A stretch of 64,000 nt of DNA, taken from contig CALXUR010000002.1 of the NCBI GenBank assembly GCA_944391735.1, positions 2,484-66,483 on the forward strand, read 5' to 3'. Below, in pieces: positions 8,405 to 17,308 of the stretch (position 1 is the first letter of the stretch; every line of letters begins with the position of its first letter). Position numbers and translations under genes: made by a program. The notes below the pieces were generated by a model, which was given only the letters and a program-made list of their open reading frames with translations, did no database searches and was not told the DNA's origin. Source of the stretch: an uncultured Alphaproteobacteria bacterium (GTDB lineage Bacteria; Pseudomonadota; Alphaproteobacteria; CAAHEQ01; UBA3637).

Positions 8405-10367
8405 ATCACTTTTCCTCTTTGACGCTATACGGAATCAGCTTGGCCGGTTACCATCACCGTTGTTGAAAGCTTTGTCGGGCATGTTCCGTTACTTGAAACG
8501 TAATTGGGATATTGCTTTGACAGTTACCCTGACATTGATCGCTTTTTTCTGGCTTTTCGGATTAAGTGTTCTGGATATTTATAATATCGGCCTTGTGTCC
8601 AAAGGGGGGGATTTTTCTGTTTCTTATATGGGGAGCGTCCTGTATCGTATTGACGAATGGCGTTGGCCGATTTTTACACATATGAATCTGGCCTATCCTT
8701 ATGGTATTTCTGTTCACGGAACGGATGGCGGTCCGTTGTTGTCCGTGATCTTTAAATTACTTCATACCGTTTTCGGACTCAGCCCCGAAGTGCAGTTTGT
8801 CGGTATCTGGATGTTGATTTCTTATGTGTTGCAGGCCTATGTATCCGTTTTGATTTTTCGACACGCTTTCAAAAATAAATGGTTGATAACAATAGGTGCT
8901 TTGTTTTTTGTCTCGGCACCGATTATGATGATGCGCGTGTTTGTTCATATCAATCTGATGCCTCATTTTATTCTGTTGTTTGCTATTTTGATGTGGATGA
9001 ATAATCGCTTGGGGGCGAAAGAATGGTTTTATATGGCGGTTTTGATTTCTCTCGGAATTTTGACATGCCCGTATTTTTTGCCGATGCAGGCCGGTTTCTT
9101 TGCTTTGTTATTTTATCAAAAGGTGTGGGTTGAAAAAGCCGTTTCCTGGAAAACCTTGTTGAAAGGAATTGTGATGCTGGCGGCCGTTTTTCTGGGGTGG
9201 TTTTATCTGTTGGGCATGATGACGACCGAACAGGAAATTGCCAGCGGCGGATGGCGTGGTTTGGCGTTGAATCTGACGGCACTGTTTAATCCGATTTGGA
9301 GCCGATCTCAGGTGTTTAATACATTGACTCCTAAAGTCGATTTTGATGCCGATAATTATTTTGGTTTCGGTTTGTTACTGTTATTGTTGTTTTTGTTTCC
9401 CAATGTTAAAGATTTGTTCCGGCGGGAAAATTTAAAAAAACATTGGCCGCTGGCTCTTTTGCTTCTCGGGTTTACGCTTTTTGCCTTGTCGTCTCAGGTC
9501 AAGTGGGGCAAAACAGTCGTTCTGGACTATAAACCCGGTGCTTACATTGATTGGTTGGGGAGTGTTTTCCGCTATTCCGGTCGCTTTTTCTGGCCTGTCT
9601 GGTATTTGTTGGCGTTTTATTTAATTAAGACGCTCGGAACGAAGTTCCCTAAAAAAGCATGGCTGATTTTACCGGCGTTGTTGGCTGTTCAAATTTGGGA
9701 TTTATATCCGACTTATAAAATGAAACAGAGCTTTGTTTTGAACACAAAACCCTATGTCTATCCCTTAAAATCGCCGGAATGGGATCGTTTGACGCGTCAA
9801 TACGACAACGCGTTTATTTTCGCCCATAATAAGAATTATGCCGGCATTTGGCGTTGGGCTATTAAAAATCATAAAAACGTTAATTATGGTTTTTTAAATC
9901 GTCCGTCACGTAAAACGCATGAATTGGTGAATACGGTTCGGGAACAGATTTTATCCGGCTATCTGTCCAAGCGCTTCAATAATTATTTCTTTGTTATTGA
10001 TGAGGATTTGATGAAACGGATTGATCGTGCCGCCCAAAAAAATCCGGCGGTGGCGAAATTAAAATCTCATATCCGGCGGATTGATCAATATGATATTTTG
10101 GAGTATCATCCCGATTTGGAACAAAATATAAGCTATAAAACAAGCTTCATTCCGGTATCTCATCGTTATTGGACGGCTGATTTAATTCAAATAAGTCCGT
10201 ATCGTGTCTATCGATTGGTGGATAATCGAAAGGATTTTGCGACAATCGTTCGTTATGATGATAAAATGCTGGTTTTAGATTGGGATAAATATGATACCGA
10301 AGAGTTTAAAAAAGGAAAAGACAATCGGTATCATCAAGTAGTAAAGCCGGATAAAGATGATAAATAA
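8394..10367 (+). CDS. Large polytopic membrane protein, possible GT-C-type glycosyltransferase partner of the upstream GT2
   Basis: More than 10 predicted TM helices in the first ~430 aa, then a soluble ~200-aa C-terminal domain. Overlaps the GT2 stop by 11 nt, suggesting translational coupling. Confidence 0.4.
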   Translation: MKNKSLFLFDAIRNQLGRLPSPLLKALSGMFRYLKRNWDIALTVTLTLIAFFWLFGLSVLDIYNIGLVSKGGDFSVSYMGSVLYRIDEWRWPIFTHMNLAYPYGISVHGTDGGPLLSVIFKLLHTVFGLSPEVQFVGIWMLISYVLQAYVSVLIFRHAFKNKWLITIGALFFVSAPIMMMRVFVHINLMPHFILLFAILMWMNNRLGAKEWFYMAVLISLGILTCPYFLPMQAGFFALLFYQKVWVEKAVSWKTLLKGIVMLAAVFLGWFYLLGMMTTEQEIASGGWRGLALNLTALFNPIWSRSQVFNTLTPKVDFDADNYFGFGLLLLLLFLFPNVKDLFRRENLKKHWPLALLLLGFTLFALSSQVKWGKTVVLDYKPGAYIDWLGSVFRYSGRFFWPVWYLLAFYLIKTLGTKFPKKAWLILPALLAVQIWDLYPTYKMKQSFVLNTKPYVYPLKSPEWDRLTRQYDNAFIFAHNKNYAGIWRWAIKNHKNVNYGFLNRPSRKTHELVNTVREQILSGYLSKRFNNYFFVIDEDLMKRIDRAAQKNPAVAKLKSHIRRIDQYDILEYHPDLEQNISYKTSFIPVSHRYWTADLIQISPYRVYRLVDNRKDFATIVRYDDKMLVLDWDKYDTEEFKKGKDNRYHQVVKPDKDDK

Positions 10368-11310
10368 TCGTATTTTTCCGGCAACACCCGAACATATTGA
10401 AAAAGGTGCTGAACTGATCCGAGCGGGTGGCCTTGTCGTTATGCCGACCGAAACGGTTTACGGGCTGGGGGCTTCGGCCTATGATGCCCAAGCCGTTGCC
10501 CGCATTTTTGAAGCTAAAAACAGACCGACCTTTAACCCGCTGATTTCTCATATTGCCGATTTGGATTTTTTGCCGCAGTATGCCGAAACGGATGAGCGGG
10601 TCATGGCGTTGGCTAAACATTTTTGGCCTGGACCGCTGACCTTCGTTTTACCGCGAAAGGATATGTCTGCCTCTTTGGATTTGGCCTGTGCGGGATTGAC
10701 AACTGTAACTGTCCGAATGCCGAATCATCCGGTTGCTTTAGCGTTGATTCGTGCCGCCGGAGTTCCCGTCGTGGCACCCTCCGCTAACCGATCCCAAACG
10801 ATGAGTCCGACAACGGCATTACATGTTTGGCAAAGCCTGGGGAATCGCGTGGATATGATTTTAGACGGTGGTGCGTGCACCGTCGGGGTTGAATCCACAA
10901 TTATTGACATGACGGGTCAACAGGTGGTTATGTTGCGGCCTGGCGGTATCTCCAAGGAGGATTTGGAATCCTTTTTGAATGAACCGGTTTTGCTTTCTCA
11001 CGGTAATCCGAATTTACCGAGTTCTCCGGGGCAGATGTTAAAGCATTACGCGCCATCACATGTATTGCGTATCAATGTTGTGAATCCGGATCCGGATGAG
11101 TTTTTTATCGGATTCGGCGATATCGGTGCGGATGCTCCTTTAAACCTCAGTCCCTCCGGTGATTTGAAAGAAGCAGCCAGCCGATTGTTTGACTATCTTC
11201 ACCGGGCGGATGAACAGAATGAGTTTTTAAAAATCGCTCTGGCACCCATTCCCGAAACAGGACTCGGTTTGGCTATCAATGACCGTGTCCGCCGGGCGTC
11301 CTATAAGTAA
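10357..11310 (+). CDS. L-threonylcarbamoyladenylate synthase (Sua5/YwlC type)
   Basis: YrdC-domain motifs (PTETVYGLGA, KNRPTFNPLI, SAN) plus a C-terminal Sua5 domain. Confidence 0.85.
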   Translation: MINNRIFPATPEHIEKGAELIRAGGLVVMPTETVYGLGASAYDAQAVARIFEAKNRPTFNPLISHIADLDFLPQYAETDERVMALAKHFWPGPLTFVLPRKDMSASLDLACAGLTTVTVRMPNHPVALALIRAAGVPVVAPSANRSQTMSPTTALHVWQSLGNRVDMILDGGACTVGVESTIIDMTGQQVVMLRPGGISKEDLESFLNEPVLLSHGNPNLPSSPGQMLKHYAPSHVLRINVVNPDPDEFFIGFGDIGADAPLNLSPSGDLKEAASRLFDYLHRADEQNEFLKIALAPIPETGLGLAINDRVRRASYK

Positions 11311-11315
11311 AATAC

Positions 11316-11344
11316 TTGACTTTTTAAATTTTTTATGATATATT
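11316..11344 (+). promoter_or_regulatory. Sigma70-like promoter (TTGACT-17-TATATT)
   Basis: -35 at 11316-11321, 17-nt spacer, -10 at 11339-11344, about 25 nt upstream of the 11369 ATG. Confidence 0.5.
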
Positions 11345-11368
11345 ACATAAATATATTATGGAGGGAAA

Positions 11369-11821
11369 ATGGCACGTTTAACACCCGAATTGCGTACCTA
11401 TATTGAAAAAACAATTAATGAAAGCACTTTATTGACACATTTAAAATTAGGTGAGTTGAAAGATCTTCGCACAACAGATCATCCCGAACTTAAATTTGTT
11501 CAGTTGCAACTGTATGACTGGGCTACTCAAAAAGTGCCTGTTTATCTGCGGGATAACGGCCTGATTTATTCGCGGACTCATGGCGGGCAACAAATTATGA
11601 GTTTGAATACAGATAGGGTTCCGGATCAGATTCATCAAAATTTAATACGTGTCTTTGGCTTTTTGGGTCGGGTTGCGTCTCGATATAACTCTTTGTCTCA
11701 AAAGGAAATTCAATATGATTTGTTGCACCGAAAATATCCGTCTGTTAACTATGTCTTGAAAGAATTGAATCGGAATACGTTCGCCTTTTTGAAAACCCGA
11801 TCGATCAGATCCGCCGGATAG
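11369..11821 (+). CDS. Hypothetical protein
   Basis: Clean ORF with a GGAGGG RBS and its own promoter. No recognisable motif. Confidence 0.5.
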   Translation: MARLTPELRTYIEKTINESTLLTHLKLGELKDLRTTDHPELKFVQLQLYDWATQKVPVYLRDNGLIYSRTHGGQQIMSLNTDRVPDQIHQNLIRVFGFLGRVASRYNSLSQKEIQYDLLHRKYPSVNYVLKELNRNTFAFLKTRSIRSAG

Positions 11822-11886
11822 ATGTTGCTTTTTGAATCCGATTGTTTTAAAATGCCTCCTGTCTGAATAGATAAGGAGGCTTTTTT

Positions 11887-12483
11887 ATGAAAACATTTTA
11901 CATCGTGCTGTTGGGGGGATTGTTAATGGCAACAACCTCTTTTGCGGAAAATATCAAATTACCGAATCCGACCTTGCATGGAGGTAAGCCGTTAATGGAT
12001 GTGATACGAGAACGCCAATCCGGACGCGCCTTTGATACGCGTGTGCCGGATGATCAGGTTCTGTCGGATATTTTATTCGCGGCCTACGGCCTGTCGCATG
12101 ATGGCAAGCATACGATTCCGACCTCTATGAATCGTCAAAATTTGAATGTTTATGTTGTTTTGTCCAAAGGGGTTTTTCTGTATCGTCCCGCCGATCATGA
12201 TTTGGTGCAGGTTTCCCGTTCGGATGTTCGATCGCTGTTTGCGAATCAGGAGTATATGAAAACCGTTCCCGTTATTTTGGTCTATACCGGAAGTGATTCT
12301 GAAAACTCTCCGTTACATGCCGGATCGTCTTACCAAAATGTGGGTTTGTATGCGGCCTCCGCCGGTTTGAACAATGTGGTTCGAATGCCCCGGGAAAAAG
12401 AAAAAATTGCGCAAGCATTGGATTTACCGGCCGAAGAATTTGTTATTGTCTCCCAGGCTGTCGGGTATCCACCTCGGGATTAG
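11887..12483 (+). CDS. Nitroreductase-family protein with N-terminal signal peptide
   Basis: Signal-like N-terminus (LLGGLLMATTSFA). Nitroreductase-like core (VIRERQSGRAF..., QNVGLYAAS). Confidence 0.55.
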   Translation: MKTFYIVLLGGLLMATTSFAENIKLPNPTLHGGKPLMDVIRERQSGRAFDTRVPDDQVLSDILFAAYGLSHDGKHTIPTSMNRQNLNVYVVLSKGVFLYRPADHDLVQVSRSDVRSLFANQEYMKTVPVILVYTGSDSENSPLHAGSSYQNVGLYAASAGLNNVVRMPREKEKIAQALDLPAEEFVIVSQAVGYPPRD

Positions 12484-13637
12484 CCGGCTCCGCTTTTGTC
12501 TTCAATCAATTGAGTCGCTATACTGTCCAACGGTGCGGCTGTCTTAATGTTGCTTTCAACCGAGCGTAATCTGCGATTGACGGCGCGTGTCCGTGTTTCG
12601 GCTTCATCCAGTGTTTTATGCGCTTGTTCGATGTTTTTCTTCACCTTTTCAACCCATAAAGCGTATTTTTCAAACTCTGTTTTGGCTTCATTCAAAACTT
12701 GCCAGACTTCTCCGGATCTTTTTTGAATTGCCAATGTGCGGAACCCCATCTGTAACGAATTTAAAAAGGCACCCAGTGTGCTGGGACCCGCAATGGATAT
12801 CCGGAATTTGTTTTGAATTTCGGCCGCTAATCCGGGACGACGCATAATTTCGGCATATAACCCTTCCGTTGGTAAAAACATAATACCGAAATCCGTTGTT
12901 TTCGGGGGGTAAACATACTTGTCGGCGATTCGTTTGGCTTCCATTTTGATTCGTTTTTCTAATTCTGACGAGGCATGTTCCAACAAAGTGGTGTCGGCTT
13001 GCTCCGACGCTTGAACTAATCGGTCGTAATCTTCAATCGGAAATTTGGAATCAATCGGAATTAAGACATCTCCGTCCGGCAGTTTGACGGCAAATTCAAC
13101 CACTTCGGCTGAATTGTCACGAATGTGTGCATTTTTAACGAATTGTTCCGGAGATAACATTTGTTCTAACAGGTTTCCTAATTGAACTTCTCCCCAGGTT
13201 CCGCGCGTCTTGACATTTGTTAAGACACGCTTTAACCCGCCGACGTCTGTTGCCAACGTTTGCATTTCACCAAGTCCTTGATGCACTTTTTCCAAACGTT
13301 CCGAAACCAAGGCAAATGATTCCCCCAACCTTTTTTCCAGTGTGTTGTGCAGTTTTTCATCAACGGTAGCTCTCATCTGTTCCAGTTTTTCGGTGTTTTC
13401 TGCACGCAACCTGTCCATGCGTTCTTCCACGGTTCGCCGGATGGAATCGTTAAATTGAATCAATGATTGTCCCAACTCTTGCCGTAAGTCCCGGGTGTCG
13501 GCATGCATCATGCGTTCCAATCGTTCCAGGTTTCCGCTGAGGGAAGGTGTCTTTTCCAACAGGCAGATTTTAACAATCATGAATAATACCAAAGCCAGCA
13601 GAATAAATAAAAGGCTTATAATAAAAATCTGTTCCAT
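12480..13637 (-). CDS. rmuC: DNA recombination protein RmuC
   Basis: N-terminal TM helix, long coiled coil and an RmuC nuclease-like core (RGTWGEVQLGNLLE...FLPTEGLY). Start set to the ATG at 13637 with an AAGGGA RBS, because the longer ORF overlaps the divergent gene. Confidence 0.85.
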   Translation of the reverse strand: MEQIFIISLLFILLALVLFMIVKICLLEKTPSLSGNLERLERMMHADTRDLRQELGQSLIQFNDSIRRTVEERMDRLRAENTEKLEQMRATVDEKLHNTLEKRLGESFALVSERLEKVHQGLGEMQTLATDVGGLKRVLTNVKTRGTWGEVQLGNLLEQMLSPEQFVKNAHIRDNSAEVVEFAVKLPDGDVLIPIDSKFPIEDYDRLVQASEQADTTLLEHASSELEKRIKMEAKRIADKYVYPPKTTDFGIMFLPTEGLYAEIMRRPGLAAEIQNKFRISIAGPSTLGAFLNSLQMGFRTLAIQKRSGEVWQVLNEAKTEFEKYALWVEKVKKNIEQAHKTLDEAETRTRAVNRRLRSVESNIKTAAPLDSIATQLIEDKSGAG

Positions 13638-13675
13638 GCGTAAATATCCCTTTCTTTTTTTTCCTTTTTGCGTTA

Positions 13676-14392
13676 GTGTATCAAAAGGAAATGCAAATGA
13701 AAATCTTTTTTTTATGTTTGTGTGCTTTTTTATTTTCTGTTTCCGTTCGCGCCGAAACATTTTATTACCGCGCGTCGGGAGCCGGAATGCATTTAATGGA
13801 TGCGGCGGTTGAATATACGGCAACCTCAAAAGAGTATCAGGTGCGCCTGACAACCAAAACACGCGGATTGTTGTCTTTTTTGGTGGATTCTCAATCTGTT
13901 TTTTTCAGTCGTGGTGTTTGGAATGGGGATGAGCCTGTTGTTGTGGATTCTTATATGGAAACATCAAACGGTGATCGGATTAAACGCCGTGTTTTGGCCT
14001 TTCATGATAAAGAAAAACAATTGGATTATCCTTCTGTTTTTATGCATAGGTTGGTAACGTCTTCACCCGAAGCCCAAACATATACGGTTTTTGACGGAAA
14101 GAGAACGTTGCGTGTGACATTTCGATATGAAGGGGAGATGTCGGGAACGGATATTGATAATCCGACTTATCCGCGGGTGCACCATTATACCGTTACCGTC
14201 GATATTGTGTCCGGTAAAAAGAAGGGATGGTTTTTTAATCGCATGAAAGATAAATCCGCACCGCCCCTGCATTTATATTTTTCCGATCCCGATTCGTTAA
14301 CGGGACGGCAAAAGTTAGTCTATGCCGCGTTTGATACGGCTTTGTTCGGACAAATTACTATTCGGGAAACGGTTGATGCAAAGTTTGATTAA
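13676..14392 (+). CDS. Secreted DUF3108-like protein
   Basis: Signal peptide (FFLCLCAFLFSVSVRA). Beta-rich protein of ~230 aa. True start may be the internal MKIFF. Confidence 0.4.
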   Translation: MYQKEMQMKIFFLCLCAFLFSVSVRAETFYYRASGAGMHLMDAAVEYTATSKEYQVRLTTKTRGLLSFLVDSQSVFFSRGVWNGDEPVVVDSYMETSNGDRIKRRVLAFHDKEKQLDYPSVFMHRLVTSSPEAQTYTVFDGKRTLRVTFRYEGEMSGTDIDNPTYPRVHHYTVTVDIVSGKKKGWFFNRMKDKSAPPLHLYFSDPDSLTGRQKLVYAAFDTALFGQITIRETVDAKFD

Positions 14393-15047
14393 TACATTTT
14401 TAGATATTGTCAAGTGGCCGCTCGCTCTTTTAATGCTGTTGCTTGTTATTCCGGCTTTTAAAACGGATATGTTGATTTTACAGGATGGTGTGAACCGTAT
14501 GGTTCTGACATGGTTTTTCTTGCCGATGTTGGCAATGATTGTTGCGTGGTTTACCGTTCCCGGATTTTACGGTTCTTTCCTTTCCATTTTTGAACACGAG
14601 GCAACACATATGCTGTTTGCCGTTCTGACCTTTCATTCTCCCCGAAACATAGAGATAAATCAGGGCGTCGGCGGCTCCTTTTCGTTTCGCGGACGCGGAA
14701 ATTGGCTGATTGCCTTGGCACCTTATTTTTTTCCGACCTTTGCTGTTTTGGTCATGGCGGCCAGCCTGCTTTACGCTTGGACGGGGGAGCCTCTTCCCAA
14801 TCAATATTGGGCTGTTTTCGGTGTGATGACCGGATATCATATTGCTTCGACATTACTCGAAATTCATCCTAAACAAACAGATTTTAAGGTTGCCGGTTAT
14901 GTGTTTAGTCTGCTTTTCCTTCCCGGTGCTAATTTAATCTCTTACGGCATTTTACTGTCTTTTGCCTGCTATGGTCCGGTCGGTATCGGACGCTTTATTC
15001 GTTCATTAATTGATCAAACATCGCTTTTTATCGGGATTTTTGTTTGA
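14376..15047 (+). CDS. Integral membrane HExxH metalloprotease-like protein
   Basis: Six hydrophobic segments. HEATH motif follows the second TM segment. Confidence 0.45.
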   Translation: MQSLINTFLDIVKWPLALLMLLLVIPAFKTDMLILQDGVNRMVLTWFFLPMLAMIVAWFTVPGFYGSFLSIFEHEATHMLFAVLTFHSPRNIEINQGVGGSFSFRGRGNWLIALAPYFFPTFAVLVMAASLLYAWTGEPLPNQYWAVFGVMTGYHIASTLLEIHPKQTDFKVAGYVFSLLFLPGANLISYGILLSFACYGPVGIGRFIRSLIDQTSLFIGIFV

Positions 15048-15116
15048 ATTCTCTTGCATTTAAAACGGATTTGTCGTATCTTAACTCCCGTTAATTTTTT
15101 TATTAGGAGATTTTTT

Positions 15117-16883
15117 ATGAATCAATATCGCACACATACTTGTGGCGCTCTGCGTGCTTCAAACGCGGGGCAGACTGTTAAATTGTCCGGCTGGGTTCAT
15201 CGGAAACGAGATCACGGCAATCTGTTGTTTGTGGATGTGCGCGATAATTATGGTATTACGCAGTGTGTTTTGGATACGGCCAGTCCGGTTTTTCAGATAC
15301 TTGAAAAAATTCGTCCTGAATCCGTGATTACGATTGAAGGTCAAGTCGTTTTGCGTGATACGAATACGATTAATCCTAAAATGCCGACGGGTGAAATTGA
15401 AGTTTCCGTTGAATCTGTTGTTGTTCAATCTGAGGCTGAAACGCTGCCGTTGCAAGTTGTTGCGGATTCCGATGATTTATCCGAAGAGCAACGTTTGACA
15501 TATCGCTTTTTGGATTTACGCCGGGAAAAACCGCATGCCAATATCTTGTTGCGTAACCGTATGACAAAGTTTGTGCGTGACCGGATGTGGGATATGGGCT
15601 TTTACGAGTTTCAAACACCGATTTTGACGTCATCCAGTCCGGAGGGTGCCCGCGATTATTTGGTTCCTTCCCGTGTGCATAAGGGTGAGTTTTACGCTTT
15701 GCCGCAATCACCGCAACAGTTTAAACAATTGTTGATGGTTGCTGGTTTTGATCGGTATTTTCAGTTGGCACCCTGCTTCCGGGACGAAGATAGCCGCGCC
15801 GATCGCTCTCCCGGGGAGTTTTATCAAATCGACTTTGAGATGTCCTTTGTCACACAGGATGAAATTTTTGAAGTTGGTGAGCGGCTGATGTCTGACTTAT
15901 TTGCTGAATTTGCGCCGAATGCCAACATTTCAAAAGCTCCCTTTATTCATATTCCGTTTGCCGAGTCTATGTTGACTTACGGAACGGATAAGCCGGATCT
16001 GCGCAATCCCTTGGTGATTAAAGATGTGTCTGATGTGTTTGCCGGTTCTTCATTCGGGTTGTTTGCGAATATGGTGGCTCAAGGCGGTTTCGTGCGCGCT
16101 ATTCGAACACCCGGTACGGCCGCTAAACCGCGTAGCTGGTTTGATAAAATGAACGGTTTCGCTGTTGAACAAGGCATGGGTGGCCTGGGGTATATGACTC
16201 TGGCCGAAGAAGGAACAAAAGGTCCGATTGCCAAGAATCTGGATGCAGATCGGATTCAGCAATTGATTGATATCACAGCGGCACAGAAAGGGGACAGTAT
16301 TTTCTTTATTTGCGGTAAAGATGATAAAGCGGTTAAATTTGCCGGTTCTGTGCGTATGTTATTTGGTAAGGAATTGGATTTAATTGAAAAAAATGCTTTC
16401 CGTTTTTGCTGGATTACGGATTTTCCGTTCTATGAGGCGAATGAAGAAACCGGTGCTCCTGAGTTTTCTCATAATCCGTTCTCTATGCCTCAAGGCGAAA
16501 TGGATGCCTTGCTGAACCAAGATCCTTTAACGATTAAAGCGTATCAATTCGATATGGTTTGTAACGGATATGAAATTTTGTCCGGTGCCATTCGTAACCA
16601 TCGGCCGGATGTGATGTTTAAAGCGTTTGAAATTGCCGGCTATGGTCCGGAAGTGGTAAGAGAAAAGTTTGCCGGATTATTGAATGCGTTTCAATACGGT
16701 GCACCGCCGCATGGTGGTGCAGCCTTTGGTTTTGACCGTTTGGTGATGTTAATGACGGATGAAAGCTATATTCGGGAAGTGATTGCGTTTCCGTTTAACC
16801 AACAGGCGCGGGATTTATTGATGCATGCACCGTCACCCGTTACGGAAAAACAATTACGGGAAGTGCATATTAAACTGCGTTAA
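15117..16883 (+). CDS. aspS: Aspartate--tRNA ligase (bacterial type)
   Basis: OB-fold N-terminus, class II motifs ([32 protein letters not shown]) and the bacterial insertion domain. AGGAGA RBS before the ATG at 15117. Confidence 0.95.
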   Translation: MNQYRTHTCGALRASNAGQTVKLSGWVHRKRDHGNLLFVDVRDNYGITQCVLDTASPVFQILEKIRPESVITIEGQVVLRDTNTINPKMPTGEIEVSVESVVVQSEAETLPLQVVADSDDLSEEQRLTYRFLDLRREKPHANILLRNRMTKFVRDRMWDMGFYEFQTPILTSSSPEGARDYLVPSRVHKGEFYALPQSPQQFKQLLMVAGFDRYFQLAPCFRDEDSRADRSPGEFYQIDFEMSFVTQDEIFEVGERLMSDLFAEFAPNANISKAPFIHIPFAESMLTYGTDKPDLRNPLVIKDVSDVFAGSSFGLFANMVAQGGFVRAIRTPGTAAKPRSWFDKMNGFAVEQGMGGLGYMTLAEEGTKGPIAKNLDADRIQQLIDITAAQKGDSIFFICGKDDKAVKFAGSVRMLFGKELDLIEKNAFRFCWITDFPFYEANEETGAPEFSHNPFSMPQGEMDALLNQDPLTIKAYQFDMVCNGYEILSGAIRNHRPDVMFKAFEIAGYGPEVVREKFAGLLNAFQYGAPPHGGAAFGFDRLVMLMTDESYIREVIAFPFNQQARDLLMHAPSPVTEKQLREVHIKLR

Positions 16884-16900
16884 ACCGAAATAATAAAAAA

Positions 16901-16931
16901 ACGGGAAATCTGCGGGTTTCCTGTTTTTTTT
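16901..16931 (+). terminator. Rho-independent terminator of aspS
   Basis: Hairpin ACGGGAAA/TTTCCTGT followed by T8. Confidence 0.7.
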
Positions 16932-17080
16932 GTCATTCTTGTTTTTTTGTTTTCTGTCATCCCCGAGCCTTCCTCTACAGTCATCCCCGACCCCTTTTTA
17001 TTTTTCGTTATTCCCGCCCCCATTTCTATTGTCGTTCCCGCTCCTTTTTTGCCATCCCCGTGCCCTGACACGGGAATCCG
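16931..17080. repeat. Tandem array of about six degenerate ~24-bp units (GTCATCCCCGa-type), ending in a full palindromic copy
   Basis: Units start at 16932, 16956, 16980, 17007, 17031 and 17051. The last forms the hairpin CCCCGTG...CACGGGA. Confidence 0.75.
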
Positions 17081-17259
17081 GTAACACATAAGGCACTATT
17101 CCTGAAAAAGTGAAAATCCCAAGCAAAACTGTAACGAAAAAAGGGTCAATAAAATGTTACAGATTTTGTAACATGAGTGAGGATATGAAGTCAAGAAAAA
17201 AGTGAAAATATAAAAAGACTTCCTGTATTTTGAGAGAAAAGAGGGATAGGATGAAAAAA

Positions 17260-17291
17260 TGTAAAAATTAAATGACCATTAAATTTTTACA
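17260..17291. promoter_or_regulatory. 32-bp AT-rich palindrome (TGTAAAAATTAA-ATGACCA-TTAAATTTTTACA), candidate operator
   Basis: Inverted repeat lies 18 nt upstream of the ATG at 17309. It is 28/32 identical to the element at 57723-57754 in front of the paralogous gene. Confidence 0.6.
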
Positions 17292-17308
17292 GGAAAGGGA
17301 AATGGAAA

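Noticed and set aside
13638-13862. 75-aa N-terminal extension of RmuC (track ORF 12480..13862)
   Set aside because: It overlaps the divergent DUF3108-like gene and promoter region. The RmuC TM helix begins right at the ATG at 13637, which has an RBS.
16931-17080. Possible CRISPR array
   Set aside because: The units are directly abutting degenerate repeats with no unique spacers, the period is only ~24 nt, and there are no cas genes in the window.
16880-17089. 69-aa minus-strand ORF with reiterated SGMT/AGIT/HGDG peptides
   Set aside because: It is the translation of the tandem 24-bp repeat array. It has no RBS and its periodic composition mirrors the DNA repeat, so it is treated as spurious.
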